Assembly: GCA_051047955.1 (NCBI GenBank)
Contig: JBPGPT010000007.1
Location: 248,001-312,000 of the forward strand
DNA from: Cystobasidiomycetes sp. EMM_F5
Taxonomy: Eukaryota
DNA length: 64,000 nt
Reading direction: 5' to 3'
This document shows positions 37,577 through 51,980 of this stretch, piece by piece. The position numbers and the translations under genes were made by a program. Under the pieces are notes generated by a model, which saw only the letters and a list, made by a program, of their open reading frames with translations, searched no databases and was not told the origin of the DNA. Every line of letters starts with the position of its first letter. The first letter of the stretch is position 1.

Positions 37577-39188
37577 ATGGCACGATGCAAAGATGTCGAA
37601 TGCAACAAGCAGTGTCCCAAAGGAGTCCCTTGGTGTGCTCCTCATCGCGAGGGTAAAATTCTCACGTCGGCGCAGCAAGCTGCACTTGATCAGGTCAGGG
37701 CAGACTTACCAGCGGTGAGCTATACTGATGCGATTGACAGTCTCGCAAATACCACGCCGAGAAGGCTTCAGCTCGCGTCAAAGCCGGCAAGTGCCAACAA
37801 GGCTGCGGGCGAGACGTTGTCACTGGCAGACGGTGCAGGGAATGCAATGACAAAGTATGTTAACCTCATTCCCGCTCTCATAGATGCTGACACTCCTCCG
37901 CAGTCGAATGAGTACCGTAACGAGTTCCGCAGCGACCGTAGAGAAGACGGTGTATGTCGCGAAGGTCCTTGCGGCAAACCAGTCCACCCCAATTCACCCT
38001 TCTGCACTGAACATCGTGCTGCCGAGCTGGTCCGGACAAACGCACGGTATGAGTTATACAAGCAAGCTCAGTTGTGCATTACGCCTGGATGCAGCAAGCC
38101 TTTGGAGGATGACGAGACAGCAGTAAGGTGCTCGGACTGCCGTCAGCATCGCCGCGAGGTGAGCAAGCTCAGCCTTCTTTAGCTGCATCTGCTGACTAGG
38201 TCACAGTCTGAAGCAGTCAATCCCGAGGCCAGAGTAGCCGCCAAGGAACTGCCTTTGTCGTCACTGTCGCTCCTCGAAGCAATCGATCTGAAGCACGACT
38301 ACCTCAAGCTGCGATTGGCCAAGGTCAACCTCCCAGACGCATCGGCCGAGTACTGTTACGTTGACAGCGAGATTGACACTCGCAAGGCGGATGTCAATAC
38401 TGCGGAAAACGTCAATGAATTCACGTGTCTTGATTTTGACAATGACGGAAAAGTAAGCTTGTTCGTACACGATTTGCATCAATCAAACTAAGCCATTCGC
38501 ATTCCAGCCCATCTTCATCTACTTTCAAGCAGCTGGAAATAGGCCAAGCGAGGATGAATTGGCAGAGTTGGCTGCCGTGTTGGCCGAGAAGCTCAAGAGT
38601 CGTAACATGGTCCTCTACGGTGTCAGTCTGTGCGACTTGCATCGTTACGCCGACATCATCAAGAAGGCTTCAAACTTCCGCTACAAAGACGTTGCTCCGA
38701 AGACGTTTGAGCCTCAAAACCAATTGTTTGCTGCCAAATTCGGCATCTTCAGTAACGATCCTGCCGATGAATTCCGTTCTGACCGACCAATCTACGTACC
38801 GTATCAGGGCCTGTCCGCTCTCTTTGATTGGATGGGGAAAAAGCCTTCCAACGGCCCAGTCGTGTATGCTGACTGGGTCAACAAGGCCTTCTACAAGAAC
38901 AAACCGTCTGGCAAGTCTGCCGATGACTGTATCAAACTCTTCGCGCTTCTGCGCGTTCTGCGCGATGTCAAGGCTGGCGTACGCTTCTCTGCCAAATACC
39001 GCCAGAACACCTTTGCATCCTTCTTCAAAGCACCTGCACCGGCTTCTTCTGCATCTGCATCTACTTCCTTCAATTCGCAGCTGCATCCACTTCATTCGCA
39101 ATTGCATCCACCTCTACAGCCTCCACCTCAGGCAAGAGAAAGCGTGATGATTGATTCATCATTAGCAGTAATATCAGTAAAGAAATAA
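37577..39188 (+). CDS. Orphan protein with three Cys/His zinc-finger-like repeats and a probable DEDD-like exonuclease domain
   Basis: Two C-x4-C-x10-C-x2-H repeats and one C-x4-C-x12-C-x2-C; introns near 38159-38206 and 38453-38507 keep the frame; YVDSE, VLYGVSLCDL and SADDC motifs. Confidence 0.65.
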
Positions 39189-39645
39189 AGTCCAGCAGTA
39201 GCAGCAACATCACTTCAAAAACGACGTAAACGAATTAGACTTTAGTCCCAATCAGTTGATCTAGAAACAAGCCAGTGCCTCAGTCCATGACATTCCAGCG
39301 TTGTATGCATTCAAAGCCATGCGCATTACCATCACTGCGACCATTGCTAGCATTCTGCCGTATCTACGGGGTCAACAATGAAAGAATGACGTGCGTTTTT
39401 GCCACTGCATCGGAAGCAATTCAAGGGATTGCATCTTGAGCAACCAAGACACCTTCTCCAGGACGGAGTGTGCACACCTGATCTGCTACAACGCTGCTCG
39501 AAGACTCAGTCTTGGAGGAATCACTTCGGAGTGACTCAAACGAGCGCCGCGCGAAACTCCGACTCTGACGAGGACGTGTAAAGGAGGCCAACTCCGAAAA
39601 CAACAGTAAACAGGCCAGCCATAACACTCTTATCTGTCACACACA

Positions 39646-40438
39646 ATGTCCTTCTTCCACAACGACCGGAATCGCACGATAACATCTCCCTTGCGAAAGA
39701 TTAGTCGAAAGAAGCCGCCTACTGTGGACGGGCATAACGATGCGAGCGGGGGAAGGAGCGGACAAAGCAGCAACAACACGAGCAACGAGCATGTGGACAA
39801 CAACAACGGGCACGCCAATGGTTCTAGCGTAGATCAGGATGAATCGAGAAGACAGTCGCAGTATTCGATGGACGAAAGTACACTCTCATCACCGGATAAC
39901 ACGACTGCTCCAGCATCGAGAAAACAGTCAACCTCCTCGTCCAACCATATGCAATCTCATACTCACGATTCCAGAAAACACTCGATAGCTTCCATACCCG
40001 AAGATGCTACCCCGGTTGACACGGGTCGCGAGCACGAGGTGAAAGAGAACCCAGGCTTCAATCCGTGAGGCTATTAGTTGACAGGTGAAGATGGCTCATG
40101 CTGCTGATATCTGCGATACTTCGACATTGCTTGAAATGCAGCTCACCTCGTGAAGTAGGAAACGGTACAGGAATATTTGAAAAGGGAGATGCATCGCACG
40201 AGATTAGCAGTAAAGAAGATTATGAACTGTGTAAAGAGCAAGTGACGAGCGATAGTGCGGTGGACAAGGTAACGGATCATTTCAAGCTGGTAAGCGTGAA
40301 ATCGAGTCGATGAGAGCGGAGATGGAGGACTGACAAAATAGCGACTGCCAGGTGCGAGATCTGAAGCCTTTGGATGCTACAGCTGGAATGGATGCCGATC
40401 TGGACAAGAGTAGGCGTGATGTGGAGAACATAACCTAG
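39646..40438 (+). CDS. Small hydrophilic hypothetical protein, multi-exon
   Basis: MSFFHNDRNR... ORF joined by GT-AG introns to PREVGNG...DHFKL|VRDLKPLD...ENIT*. Confidence 0.7.
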
Positions 40439-40968
40439 CGGTCAGATGTGCTAATATGCTTGGTTTCAGGGGCAAAGCAAGAAGACGAGCAGAGATGACT
40501 GCTCTCCCGCTGCGCACTACATATCACACACCAATTACCGCAGTACTACAAGTCAGACATGCTCAGTATATATTCTTCGTCGGGTCACGCCAAACCGACG
40601 CAGCCTTCGGAGCCCGAATCCCGGACGTCTTCAGCCGACAACAATGTAACCAATTCTTGCAAATGCAAATGCAAATGTAGAATAGGCTGGGACGACAGCA
40701 CAACAAAGCGTAAATATTCTTTTGATTGTAGAGCCTGACTTTGCGCGACAGACTTGTATGCTAGACTTGATCCAGGCTTTTGCCAATTTGGACTTTGGTT
40801 TTAGGCAGTGTAACCTTGAACGGCTGCCATTACCGTACAGCGACTGTGAATCTCGATGGAAGCCTGCACACGACGAGCAACAGCAGCAGCGACGACGGAG
40901 ACACTCTGTGCGGATTGCTAGCAGATGACTGCGTTGATGCATATCGACATTCTGAAATCACCGTCAAC

Positions 40969-43900
40969 ATGAACACCAACACCAATGGCTATGCGATCCA
41001 GCACCAGCAACAGCAGCAGCAGACGCCGCAGACGCCCTACATGAGTACAGGGATGCTCACGCCAGCCATATCGCAGCAGCAGATGCAGCTCCATCAGCAT
41101 CTGATGCTCCAGCAACAGCAGCAGCAAACGCATCATCAAACGACTCCGCCCCAGTCGACGAGCGCGAGTACCTCCCATCCAGGCATGCAGAACCACCAGT
41201 CGCACTCGCAATCAACCACAGAAATCAACAACAGCCTCGACAACGACGACAACGACGATAGCCAGTCGGCAGTCAATGGGAGCACCTCGTCGGGCCACCC
41301 GCAAAAGTTCTCGAGGAGCAAAGGTGTACGTGGACTGCGAGCTCGTGGATGCAATGGCCTCGAGCTGCTGCTTCAGGTCATATTGCAAAACGTGCATTGC
41401 TGCAGAATGCTGAAACTCTGTCGATCTCACTGTGCGCATGAAAACTGTCCGCAAATACGAAACTACCTCGTCTTATTCTGGCGTATGGTCTCCTCCCCCA
41501 CGCCTGGAATGACCCAACCATGCCGCAGGCCTGTCAGCAGTGCAGGGCCGTAAAGCAACGATGCTCTGGCGCAGCAAAGCACCCTTGCGAAAGATGCCAA
41601 CTGTGAGTGCTCGTCTCCATACGTTCCTGACCTAATCGACCTGTCAGAGATCTGGAGTCCCGCCTTGGGCGCCCACGGGAGAGCACGACGAGCAATCGCT
41701 GACTCGCCCTTTTTCGCACTCGCGCTGCCCGCAGGTACAAGCTCGACTGCGTCTTCTCAAAGGACCCTCCTCCCCAGAGCCAAGCTCCCCGCCAGCCTAA
41801 AAAGTCGCAGCCCAAACCGGCTTCTTCCGACCCGGAAACGAGCGCAGCAGTGCTACAGAGGTATGTTGTCGCCTAGCAATCACAGCACCCGCGTGCGATG
41901 CGCATGGCTCGTTTGCTACCCTTTTCTTGTAATCTGACGTGTTTTTACGGGTTGCCCTCGGTGGCGTCTATCCAGCCTGCGCGTCATCACTGAGCGATTA
42001 CGAGCGATTGAAGAGAAGCTAGCTGCAGGCCCAAGGCAAGTGTCGGCTACACCCTCCCAGGCTTCCTTTGGAGGTGGCTTCGATAACGATGTCAAGATTC
42101 CAACGTACGAGTCGGTGTCTGGCGATGTCGGAGATCCCGTCAGTATGGTCACGTCGGCCATCAAAGGCCTCGAATCAGCTATGAATGCTCCCAGTCCATT
42201 CTCCACACACTCTCCCGCTGGTTCCAGCAGTCCGAACGGTACTCAGCGCGACTCGGCGTCTCACGATCAGGATGTTCCAGATGCCATCTCTAGGGGGTTT
42301 GTGAGCGCGGAGGAAGCGCAGCAACTGTTTGACTTGTATGTTATTCATCGGGACAAGACGACTTGCTTGAAATCACTGATTGCCCTTGTCGGGTTGCTTT
42401 CAGCTACTTTCAACGATGCGTCAACTGGACACCGCCGCTGGATGCTGAGTACGATCGCAACATGCATGTCGTGCGTCGGAGGTCCACCTTCTTATTCCAT
42501 GCCATTCTTTCCGTCGCATCCTACTTTTGCTACGTTCCACAAGGAGAAAATGGCTTGCGAAAATACTACGCCATTGTCACTACTCTTGTCGAATCGCTCG
42601 CTCCGCTGGTTGTTTCGCCCAACCCAGCAGAACTCACCATAGATCTACTCATGGGGCTCCTCATCTGCATAGACTGGAAACCCGTCCGCTGCGGCAGTCA
42701 GATGCAGCTTGGTCCAGCAGGGTTTGCACAGTTGCAAGCCCAATCGAAATTGAATCCTTCTTCCGGCTACGTTCTTGGTGGCTTGGCCCTTCGAATATCG
42801 CAATTGCTCAACCTTAGCAGGAGAGCAGCAAATCCGTCGCCAAATGACAAGAAGTCTGTCAATGCTTGCAGATTATGGTTGTGGATCTGTCTGGTCGATA
42901 GTCAGAATGCACTAGCTGAGGGCAAGAACCCAGCACTCGATCCTGCAGACGCCCTGCGCGTCACGAGATTGTTTGCCAGCATCAGAGCAAGACCTTGCGA
43001 CGTCCGACTTGCCGCGATGGTTGAATTATAGTAAGCTTATCTAGCTTCAAATTATTTTTGAGCTGGAAGAGCTGATAGTATCCTCCATCTTTTCAGCGCT
43101 GCCGTCGTTCCTATCGCTGCGGCGCACTATGGTGCTGAGCGCACAGATTTCAGGGCTCTGTATCGCGCCAACATGGCGATCGACCGCATTGCAAAGTACT
43201 GGACCGGGCCCATTGAACAAGCCTTTGTCAGCGGCGATCCGTTGGCCTGCACGTTCCTCAATATGTTCCTCCCATTCGTGCGGGTCGTACTCAATGGCGA
43301 TGTCTTTAGAACCTGGCTTATACGTCAAAAGTCAGAGCTTAATGGACGGGAAATGGATTTAGAGAACACGAGATTCACCCTCACTGCCGAGGAGGCGCAC
43401 TGCATCGGCTTTGCCGTTAGTGCCGCCGAGGAAATGCTCTATGCGCTAAGCACTGCAAGCAAGTCAAAGGGTGCGCAAAGAACGTGTAATTGGGCACCCA
43501 GGGACATGCAGACGGGTCATAGACCGCCGTTGAAGCTTGATGCCGACGTAGCTAGGCGTTTGGCGAGTTCAACAGATCAAGTATTGCTGGTAGTGTATGC
43601 CTTTCCTCCGCTATTTCTAGCCCAGCTCCGGGCAGCCAATATTCTTAATTGCGACCTCGACATGGCACCCGAAATCACTGGCGATCTCATCAATGTCGGA
43701 TTTCCTGCACGATCGCTACTGCCAGCCTCGAAGTTTATGCGACTTCTAGAGTTGTCGGCCGAATTCTATGAAGTCGCCTCGCCCAACAACGACTTTCCGG
43801 CCATACCTCAAGCGCAACTGCTGCGATCAATGGCGTGCTTGTCTGTCCCGACGAGCGGATCGAGCATCATGAGCTATCCTTCAGGAACCGACATATCGAC

Positions 43901-44453
43901 ACTGCAGAACGGTATGCCAGACAGTTGCGCCTATCCCGGTATGCTCAATACACCTTCCAGCATCTTTGGTTCGTCTGCTAGTGCCAAGGCTCACGAATCG
44001 CAGATGCAGCAGGTCGCGGCGAGCATTCCGCCGACGAATCCCAACCTTCCCTTCCCCTACAATTCGATGATTTTCTCAAACGACGGCGGCGAGCGGCTGG
44101 TCGACATTATGGCTACCGCAGTCCCTGATCCGACCAGCTCAAATTCATTACTGGGCTCATTTGCCAAAATCGATGCCGACTGGAATGCCTACTTTCACTC
44201 GGCACCGTCCCTTTCGGTGTACGATAGCATGGCAGCTGCTACCATTCCGTCTACGCTGAATGGTATGGGTTCATCCGGGTTAACGCCAATCAGTAATATG
44301 AATGGCTCTACAGTACCAAAATATGGCGGGCAATCCCCCGATTCTGCCGCAAGTCTTCTCAGCACAACCGCTCCGTCGCCTGGCAGCTATTACGCGCAAA
44401 GTCTTTCAGGCGTTGCTTCTCACCAGCCTCCCCCTCGGCGAACTTATAGCTAG
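40969..44453 (+). CDS. Zn(II)2Cys6 fungal transcription factor
   Basis: Spliced RSKG|ACQQCRAVKQRCSGAAKHPCERCQL|YKLDC binuclear cluster; poly-Q N-terminus; middle region STFLFHAIL...RLWLWICLVD. Confidence 0.9.
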
Positions 44454-44867
44454 AAGTATCCTCAGCTCATTTCGCTCCTACCTTCGGCCATTCGTCGCTG
44501 CCTGGGCGTCGTAGGTTTCGCCCTCTACACTTGAGTCATGTTTTTGCATCGGTGGATACGTACACGATTGTTGACACATACACACTGCAAATAGTGACAT
44601 TTCATATATAGCTTAATAAACACAGTCTTTAGCATCAGCAAGGGTGTAAATAATTCATTGGCTAGGGCGACTGATTCAATAGTCTACTACAATATCGAGT
44701 GTAGTGCTGTTCAGATGGTTCTGCTTGGGTCCGGCTTGACGAGTCCTGATGTTTACGCGCGATCTCGGCTTCATTCGCCTCGGACATTCTCAACGCGTCA
44801 TAGAGGTCCGGCGTACTTACGGCGCCAACAACATCGGGCAAAGTGGATCGCAGTATGGTTTCCGCCA

Positions 44868-45915
44868 ATGCAGAGACTGGTTTCTGGCAGGAAACATCAC
44901 TTCTTGTATGCAGCAGCCTTCTCTGGCGGGGCGGCCATTCTGACCTGGCGGTACCTTTCAAGCAGCTCCACTTTGCACGCCAGCACTGGCATTAACGCGA
45001 TGAGCACTTCAGTCCGGCAAAGAGCTGGAGGTTTCGCAAGCAGCTGGCCCTACAAGCCGCATCAGCTAATGAAAATGGATGATTCCGATGATAAGGATTT
45101 CTACCTTACGCCGCGTTTCGTAACCCACAGTAGGCTGCTATACCATCTTGCAACATAACAACCGGCTTTTCCACTGATGGGCACCTACGATCTCTAGTCG
45201 ACGATAGATGCATTGACAATCTGTCCCGTCAGTCCGTTATGCTAATGTAACGTGTCAATCTAACGCAAATCAGATCTGCACAGAGTACTATGGAAAGCAT
45301 CTGCCGAATGCGAATCAGGATAGCGCAGCTAGACCGAAGATCCTCGACATTGCATCAAGCTGGATATCACATCTTCCAGAGAATTGGTCGCCCGCAAATT
45401 ACAATGTAGTTGGAGTAGGTATGAATCAAGCGGAACTCTCCAAGAACCGCGCCCTGTCGAAGCATCTCGTCGTGGATCTAAATCGCGATCCTCGAGGCCT
45501 GTCGCGCTTATTATCAAAGGAAGAAGGGACATACGATGCAGCGATATGCAGCGTGTCGATCGACTACATGACGCAGCCTCGCGAATTGTTGGGAGACCTG
45601 CACAAGCTGCTGAAAACGGGCGCGACAGTGCATTGCGCTTTCTCAAATCGATGCTTTCCTACAAAGGTCAGTGTATGTCGTTTAGCGTAACGCTCAGCTA
45701 GGTTAACTCCCACATGACAGGTCGTCAGTCTCTGGCTAGATTTGTCAGAAGATGAGAGATGCGATTTGGTAGCGGACTATTTCCATTTCGCGGGGACGAA
45801 CACGGACGATGCAGTTAGGGCCGGTCAATTGTACGAGGATATCGAAATCGAAACTATCCTGGCTCGCTCACGGCAGGGCGACCCGCTGTACGTAGTCAGG
45901 GGCAGGACGAGGTGA
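44868..45915 (+). CDS. Class I SAM-dependent methyltransferase-like protein
   Basis: DDKDFYLTPRFVTH|IDD, ILDIASSWISHLP, VVGVGMNQAELSKN, YDAAICSVSIDYMTQP and FSNRCFPTK motifs. Confidence 0.85.
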
Positions 45916-46027
45916 ATTGTGACAGAACGGTCGTTACACAATTCGAAATAAAAATCGTTTCCATGCGAAAGCGACTGATACTGTAGCCGAGTCTCGTACA
46001 AACAAACCACGTGCGTAATGATATACC

Positions 46028-47437
46028 CTAACCAAACATCTTTGATGCACCGCTCCGAACTGTAATTGTGCTATTTTAACGGCAAATTCCAGAAGAGTTT
46101 CGGTCTTGACTCACGTAAACCGCTGACGATGGTACCGCCAACTCCGCCAAACTGTCCAAGAACGCTGCTGGCCGCCATGCCAGATGCCCATTTCCGTTTC
46201 TGTGGAACAAATGCATCAGGAGACATTTATTACGTAACGATAATAGGAAAGTTGCGAAACGTACCGCGTCTCGATCTGCGTAAGTGAATCCGATGGTATT
46301 TGTGCAATTGAATATCAAGGCCAACAGCACTATGGGCAGAAAGGATATGTTACTGGTGGAGACACTCTTTAGCCATGCCTGCAGGAAAGTTGTATCATGT
46401 CTACGGACAATTTGAGGATTCCGCTGCAGGGAAGCATAGCATCGTCGGCAATGCACATTTTCATGATTAGCATCTTTGTCTGCAGAAATTCATTGGACTG
46501 GACGTACACAAACAGCAAGGCGATCCAAGCTGTGGGAAATGTATACATTGCCAACCAGAACATCTTGGCATCTACGGCATTGGCGGGTTGCGAAGGCTGA
46601 TAATTAGTACATTTCGAATATCAGCCAAATGTTGCGCCGACTGTATACTAGTCATTGTACGGACATCACGGCTTTCAAAGACCCAATAGCTAATGATACG
46701 ACATGCCGTCAATCCTGGGTTGTGCTGCCTCCGTACGTAAGCAACCGAGCGTACCTGGTCCCATCATCATCAACTTGATTCCAGAACCGAAGGCCAACAA
46801 GGACGCGTCCGGACACGTTCTGAAGCAGCGTCTACATCAGCACCTCTTAAACAATGTACGTCGAAAATCGAAAGTACTCTGATAGTCCAGAAATCCATAG
46901 AAAGAAGCACGACCACGAGGACAGTCTGACATGCTCGGAAAAATCAGTTCAGTTCTTGTACCCATGATACTCGGCATGGTTTGACTGACGGAGAAAACGT
47001 CTTCAAGCAGGGATACAGAAAAGACGCGAGGTTGTTTGTTTCCGTTGTCAGCGTATCGTGTGTCTTCGACACGAGAAACAAAGCTTACAGGAGTTGCTAA
47101 AGAATCCACAGAGTAGATACGTCACAATAGCCATCGTTCTGAAGAAGAACAGAAAGAAAAGTGCGACTGGATGTCTGATGGATCCAGCATTGACTTGAGT
47201 CCGCCAATATCGCAACATTCCAAACGACACAGGCGAAGCTCACGCTGATTGTTCCCAAATGCTCTGCTCTTTCTGCGCAGCTGACATCTGCCCGCCAGCT
47301 GCAGATGTTGCGTTGTTTGCATTTTGCTTTGAGTCCGTATTGACAGCTCTGCCGCTTTCCAGGTCTGGCTCAACATCAGCAGCAATCTGTCCAGATAGCA
47401 GATTGGTCTGCGAGCCCGTCGCAAAGTGCGTAGACAT
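46028..47437 (-). CDS. TVP23: Golgi membrane protein Tvp23, many short exons
   Basis: [49 protein letters not shown] and FTYADRDA; includes an 11-nt micro-exon at 46990-47000. Confidence 0.92.
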
Positions 47438-47690
47438 GATGCTGATGGCGACGTTGGCAAGCGAAGTAAAGGGCTTGCTGCTCGTTACGTTGGTCGACGA
47501 TTAGACGCCGAACGCGGTCTTGATGAACGAGAGCACTCAAATGCTGGCTACATTGGACATTGCTATGCTGACAATGATGGGAAATAGGCTAGATGCGCAA
47601 AGAAAGTGTATGCTACGATAGTCGAATCGAGATTGATCTGCGGGATCCTTGCAGGCGATGCATTGGCACTTCAGGATGAGCAATTAACAC

Positions 47691-50600
47691 TTATGGGTCT
47701 GCTTCACTTTGCGAACCTTCAGTGGTAGCGTCCTCCCAGCCACGAAGTCCAAGCCAACCACTCTCCCCGATCAAAAACCGATGCTGTTTGAGCTGTAATG
47801 CTGAAGGACGGTTGCGTGAATGCACTTGAAGACATTGATAGGTTAGGTCAACCGCATCTCCAGCAGTGGGGCGGTATGTATTGTTAGTGTGCCTCTCGAG
47901 ATAGGTGGGGAATACTTGATCGACGTCGTCTGCTTTCGCCAGAAGAGCCTGATTCGCGCGTGACTCTGGCGACAGGCCAGCAAGAGATTCCTCAGACGAC
48001 CAGAATGGGCATTCACCGCAGAGGATGACGTATGCTAGCACCCCTAATGCCCAGATGTCGGTTTCCTTGCCGCCATATCGTTCGCCGCGCAACACCTCTG
48101 GAGAAGCAAAACTAGGCAGGGGAGTTAGCGATCCTACATACTGCCGCTCACTATTGGCTTACTCTAGAGTTCCGGAAAATGTGTCGAAATACGGCTTTCC
48201 TTCTTTGACGTAGGCTGCAGAACCGAAGTCTATAAGCTGTACGCCGCCGTGACCGTCCAGTATAATGTTTTCGTCTTTGATGTCACGATGAACGATTCCG
48301 TGGGCATGCAGGAATGCAACGGCGTCTACGATCTGCCTTAAGATGTTTCGAGATTCTGCAAGACTCAGGCCGGTTGGAGCAGCATCAACATAGTCGAACA
48401 AGTCTTGCCCAGTACCGAAGCAAGGCATGACGAGATAGTAGTTCTCTGCATCCTCGAAGAAATCTAGCATTCCGCATAAGTTGGGATGCCCAACAATGAA
48501 CGATGCCGCTTTTCCGATTGAAGAATTTAGCTCGTCAAGCGGGCTCTTGAGAGTTGGCGGACGATACACTTTCCGTATATGATCTAACACATGGATCTCC
48601 ATAGGAATAGCGCCAAGCACCTTATGTCGCTTGTAAGCGTCCGCAAGTATGCGTTGCTTGACAATGTATTTGAGCATGAGGTCCGCTCCAATGGCATGGC
48701 CGCTTTCATCTATCTCGCGTACTTTGCGGACGAGGCCATATGCACCCTTGCCAGCCTCACGCTCTACTGTAAAAGAGTGAATATTGCGAGCCCCGGTAAT
48801 GGCGGAGTATGCGTGCGCGTCGACCGGACCGAAGGAATCAAGCGGAATAGCGGGCATCTGGGACACGACACCCTTTTTGGGAAGAGAAGCGGTTGACGGT
48901 GTGTGACCTCCACCATCGATGTCGCTTGAAATCTGTTTTGATTGCCGTCGCTGATGTACAGATTCAGGAGATGTGATGGAGGATAGCGCAGAGGCACTAG
49001 ATGAAATTGAGTGCCGAGCTCCGCCAGATGTTACTGACCCGCGTGAGAGGGTTGGAATGACTACAGACCCTCGTGCGGACCGCTGAGAGATGTGCGGCTG
49101 GGCATTGTCACTCTCGTCGTCACCAGCGTCGGAAGATTCATCCGACTGCAGTTCTGATATTCTCATGCGGTTGGCACGTGGATGTGTAAAGCTGTCTTTG
49201 CTGTTGTTCGCATGTTGTACAGACTGTGATGGTGGAATAGCTCCATAGAATTTGTTGACGGACGATATACTACTTGTACGAATGCTTTTAGGTCGCCATT
49301 CTATTTCGGCATCATTGTGCTGTTCGTCCTCGCCGGCACTGCGTACGCTTGACGTGTCTGTTTCGCTACCGCTAGCGTTATCAGCCAATTCGCTATCCAA
49401 ACCGAGTTGCCGCCACTCCTCGACAGATGGTGTCATCACGACTTCGCTCATACCTCTGAGAGCCTGTATTCTGGCTGTCTCGAAGTATGTACCTGGACCA
49501 GTATTGAGCTGAGCCATGCTGAGCGGACGCAGTGGAAAGGCGGCAGAACTGACGCCTGCCGCTGTATTATGACGACTTCGCGCTCTGCGTGCGAGGGGTG
49601 CTTCCCACGGTTTCGTTGGGGCTACAGAGGAATGCGGGGAGACTGATTCGGTAGGGGGATCGGAGGCTTTTACCATCGTAGGAGAGGTAACTTCGGAAGT
49701 GTCATGGGGGTCTGAGGAATATGCAGGGATTGCAACGGCAGCGTGAAAGGGAGCCGAAGCCTGGCGTCGCTTCTGACGAAGAATCGCCTTGAGGTCGACA
49801 TGTGATGGTGTTCTCGAGCGCGGCAAGCGGGCACTTTGGAAAGACTCGTCTGCATTGGTCGCTGAAGAGGATAATGACGCGGCAGATGTACTTGCCGGAA
49901 TAGCAGAAGTATGATTGTCAGCATCCCGGCTTGTGGAATGCCGCGATCGACGAGGTTTCGCAGAAAAGGAGCGCATAATTTGGGTAAGATCTCCAGTAGA
50001 ATCGGAAGGTTGTATTTGACTGTTACTTCTAGACATGTCACTATGTCGCGATGACCTACGCGAGTAGGCAGGACGTGGCGATGAGTTGCCTGTACTACCA
50101 GTAATGGGTGATCCCTTAGGAGACGTAGAAGTTTCGCGTTGCTGCGCACCGCGTGATGAGCTCGGCTCTTCCCACCGTTCAGACTGCCAAGCATATCCGT
50201 CAAAGTCTGTCGTCCGAGGCAATGGAGACACTTGTGGCCGGAAGCTAGGGGAGAGCGCCTTGCTGGGACCTTCGCCTTGACTAAGCGGAGAGAGTGGGGA
50301 CATGGAGAATTGCCAATCGCGATCACCCATGCTGCTTCGAGAGTGCTTTCGACGTGGCTCTCGTGTTTGGGAAGCTACATCGACGTTCGCAGCACTACTG
50401 ACTTCCGAAGGTCCTGCTACGGGTTGCGACCTTGTGCTGGACGAAACACTTCTTGGCACCTGCGGGCTTCTCGCTATTGACGCCGGATGCCCCAACGACA
50501 GCCCTGGACGCGAAGATCTTGCTAAAGATAAGGACTCAAAATCGCCTGATGGCAATGTTGGCGACGTCGTCCCTGGATATGTTTGCAGTAAGTGCAAAGC

Positions 50601-51980
50601 GGCTGACATGTCCATCGCACTTCCGGGCTTTGGCTGAAGAACAATCTCCGGAAATGCTTCTGTTGGACTAATGACATTCTCTCCTGCTTCTGAGCCTTCT
50701 CCTTCCTGATGGAAACGCTGCAGCTCTTCATCGTTGGTATCATCCAGGCTTAGACGTGCGGCTCGGGGGCTCCTCGACGAGCGGGTACTTTGAGAGCGAC
50801 TGATCTGAGGCGTGGTTGAGCCTCCCTTTCCTATGACTGTAACACCGCTGATTGCAGAGATACTTCGCCGCATCGTACCGTGCAAGCCGGGTGAGGGCTG
50901 TTCATCTGGTGCGAAAAGCGTCCGAGCTTCTTTACTGAGCAGCGTAGGATCTGAATCTGCGCGAATATGTCCCAATTGTTGAAAGGTTCTGCCGATAGAC
51001 TTGGGCGGCGACGACGAGGTTCTCGCTGCGATCTGAGCAGACGGCCCACGCGGTTTCGCTCGTTCCTCTTCCTCTCCCTCTGAGGAGGATAGAGCGAAAA
51101 GTCGCTGCTTTCTCGATAGTGCCTTCTTTGGCAGAGGTGTAGCCTCTGCTGTCGGACTTGCGGAAGGTGACTTCTTTGTGACGGAAGAAACGGAAGAGGT
51201 GGGGGTTGTGGATGGCAGATTGGACGGTAAGCTAGCTGGAGCAGCGTTGGCGGGTTGCGGCGATGTTCGTCCGCTCGCAATTGTTCTTCTGGATGTTCCC
51301 GGCGATGTCGCTGGTGTGAGCAGTAATTGCTCGAGTACGCCACTGGGAAGAACAGCGCTGCTTTTCGCTTTCGGCGAGTGCACGGTACTTGAGCTCTGGC
51401 TGTGCGAGGCGGACGCAGCTGCTTCCTTTGCCATTGCTTCGAGCTGTTCCTTGTCGCTGTCGGCATCGTACCCTGTGGCTAGAGATAGACCAAGAGAGGA
51501 TCCTGAATAGTACGGCAATGCAGATGGCAGAGTGGTGCTGCTTGAGGGTGTAATATGCGAGGGCGATGAAGAGGACGACGAAGACGTATAAGTCGCAGCG
51601 ATGGAAGAACCCGAAGACGATGCGGAGTGATTCGAGGGATTGGTCGAGACGAGCGTCGTGTAGGTAGACGACGGCGAGCCAGAAGGTGATACGTGTCGAT
51701 GGAGCAGCGTCGCCGGCAGCGATGATGGTGGGGCTAGCCATGTCGCAGCCTGAGTTGATTGCGTTGGCGCATACTGCGAGCCCAGCGAGGGAACCGACAG
51801 AGAGCCTTGAGAGGGTACAGAGGACGCTTCCGCAGCGCCTAAGCCATGCTCGATGGACCCAACATTGTGAGCGATGTTATTGCTGCTGCTGCTGTTTGGA
51901 AGCGGCGAAGCGGGAATCGGACTGGGCGACGGTGCTTGCGAGTGACTACCTGGTGAGCGCAGTGGTCTCGCGAATGGCAT
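47691..51980 (-). CDS. Ser/Thr protein kinase, PASK/PIM-like catalytic domain with about 1000-aa disordered N-terminus
   Basis: GKGAYGLV, IPMEIHVL, HRDIKDENIIL, DFGSA and FSGTL|..ASPEVLRG..DIWALG; one intron near 48109-48161. Confidence 0.9.

Noticed and set aside
39074..39120. Imperfect 21-nt tandem repeat (SQLHPLH/SQLHPPL)
   Set aside because: Ordinary slippage in a low-complexity protein tail.
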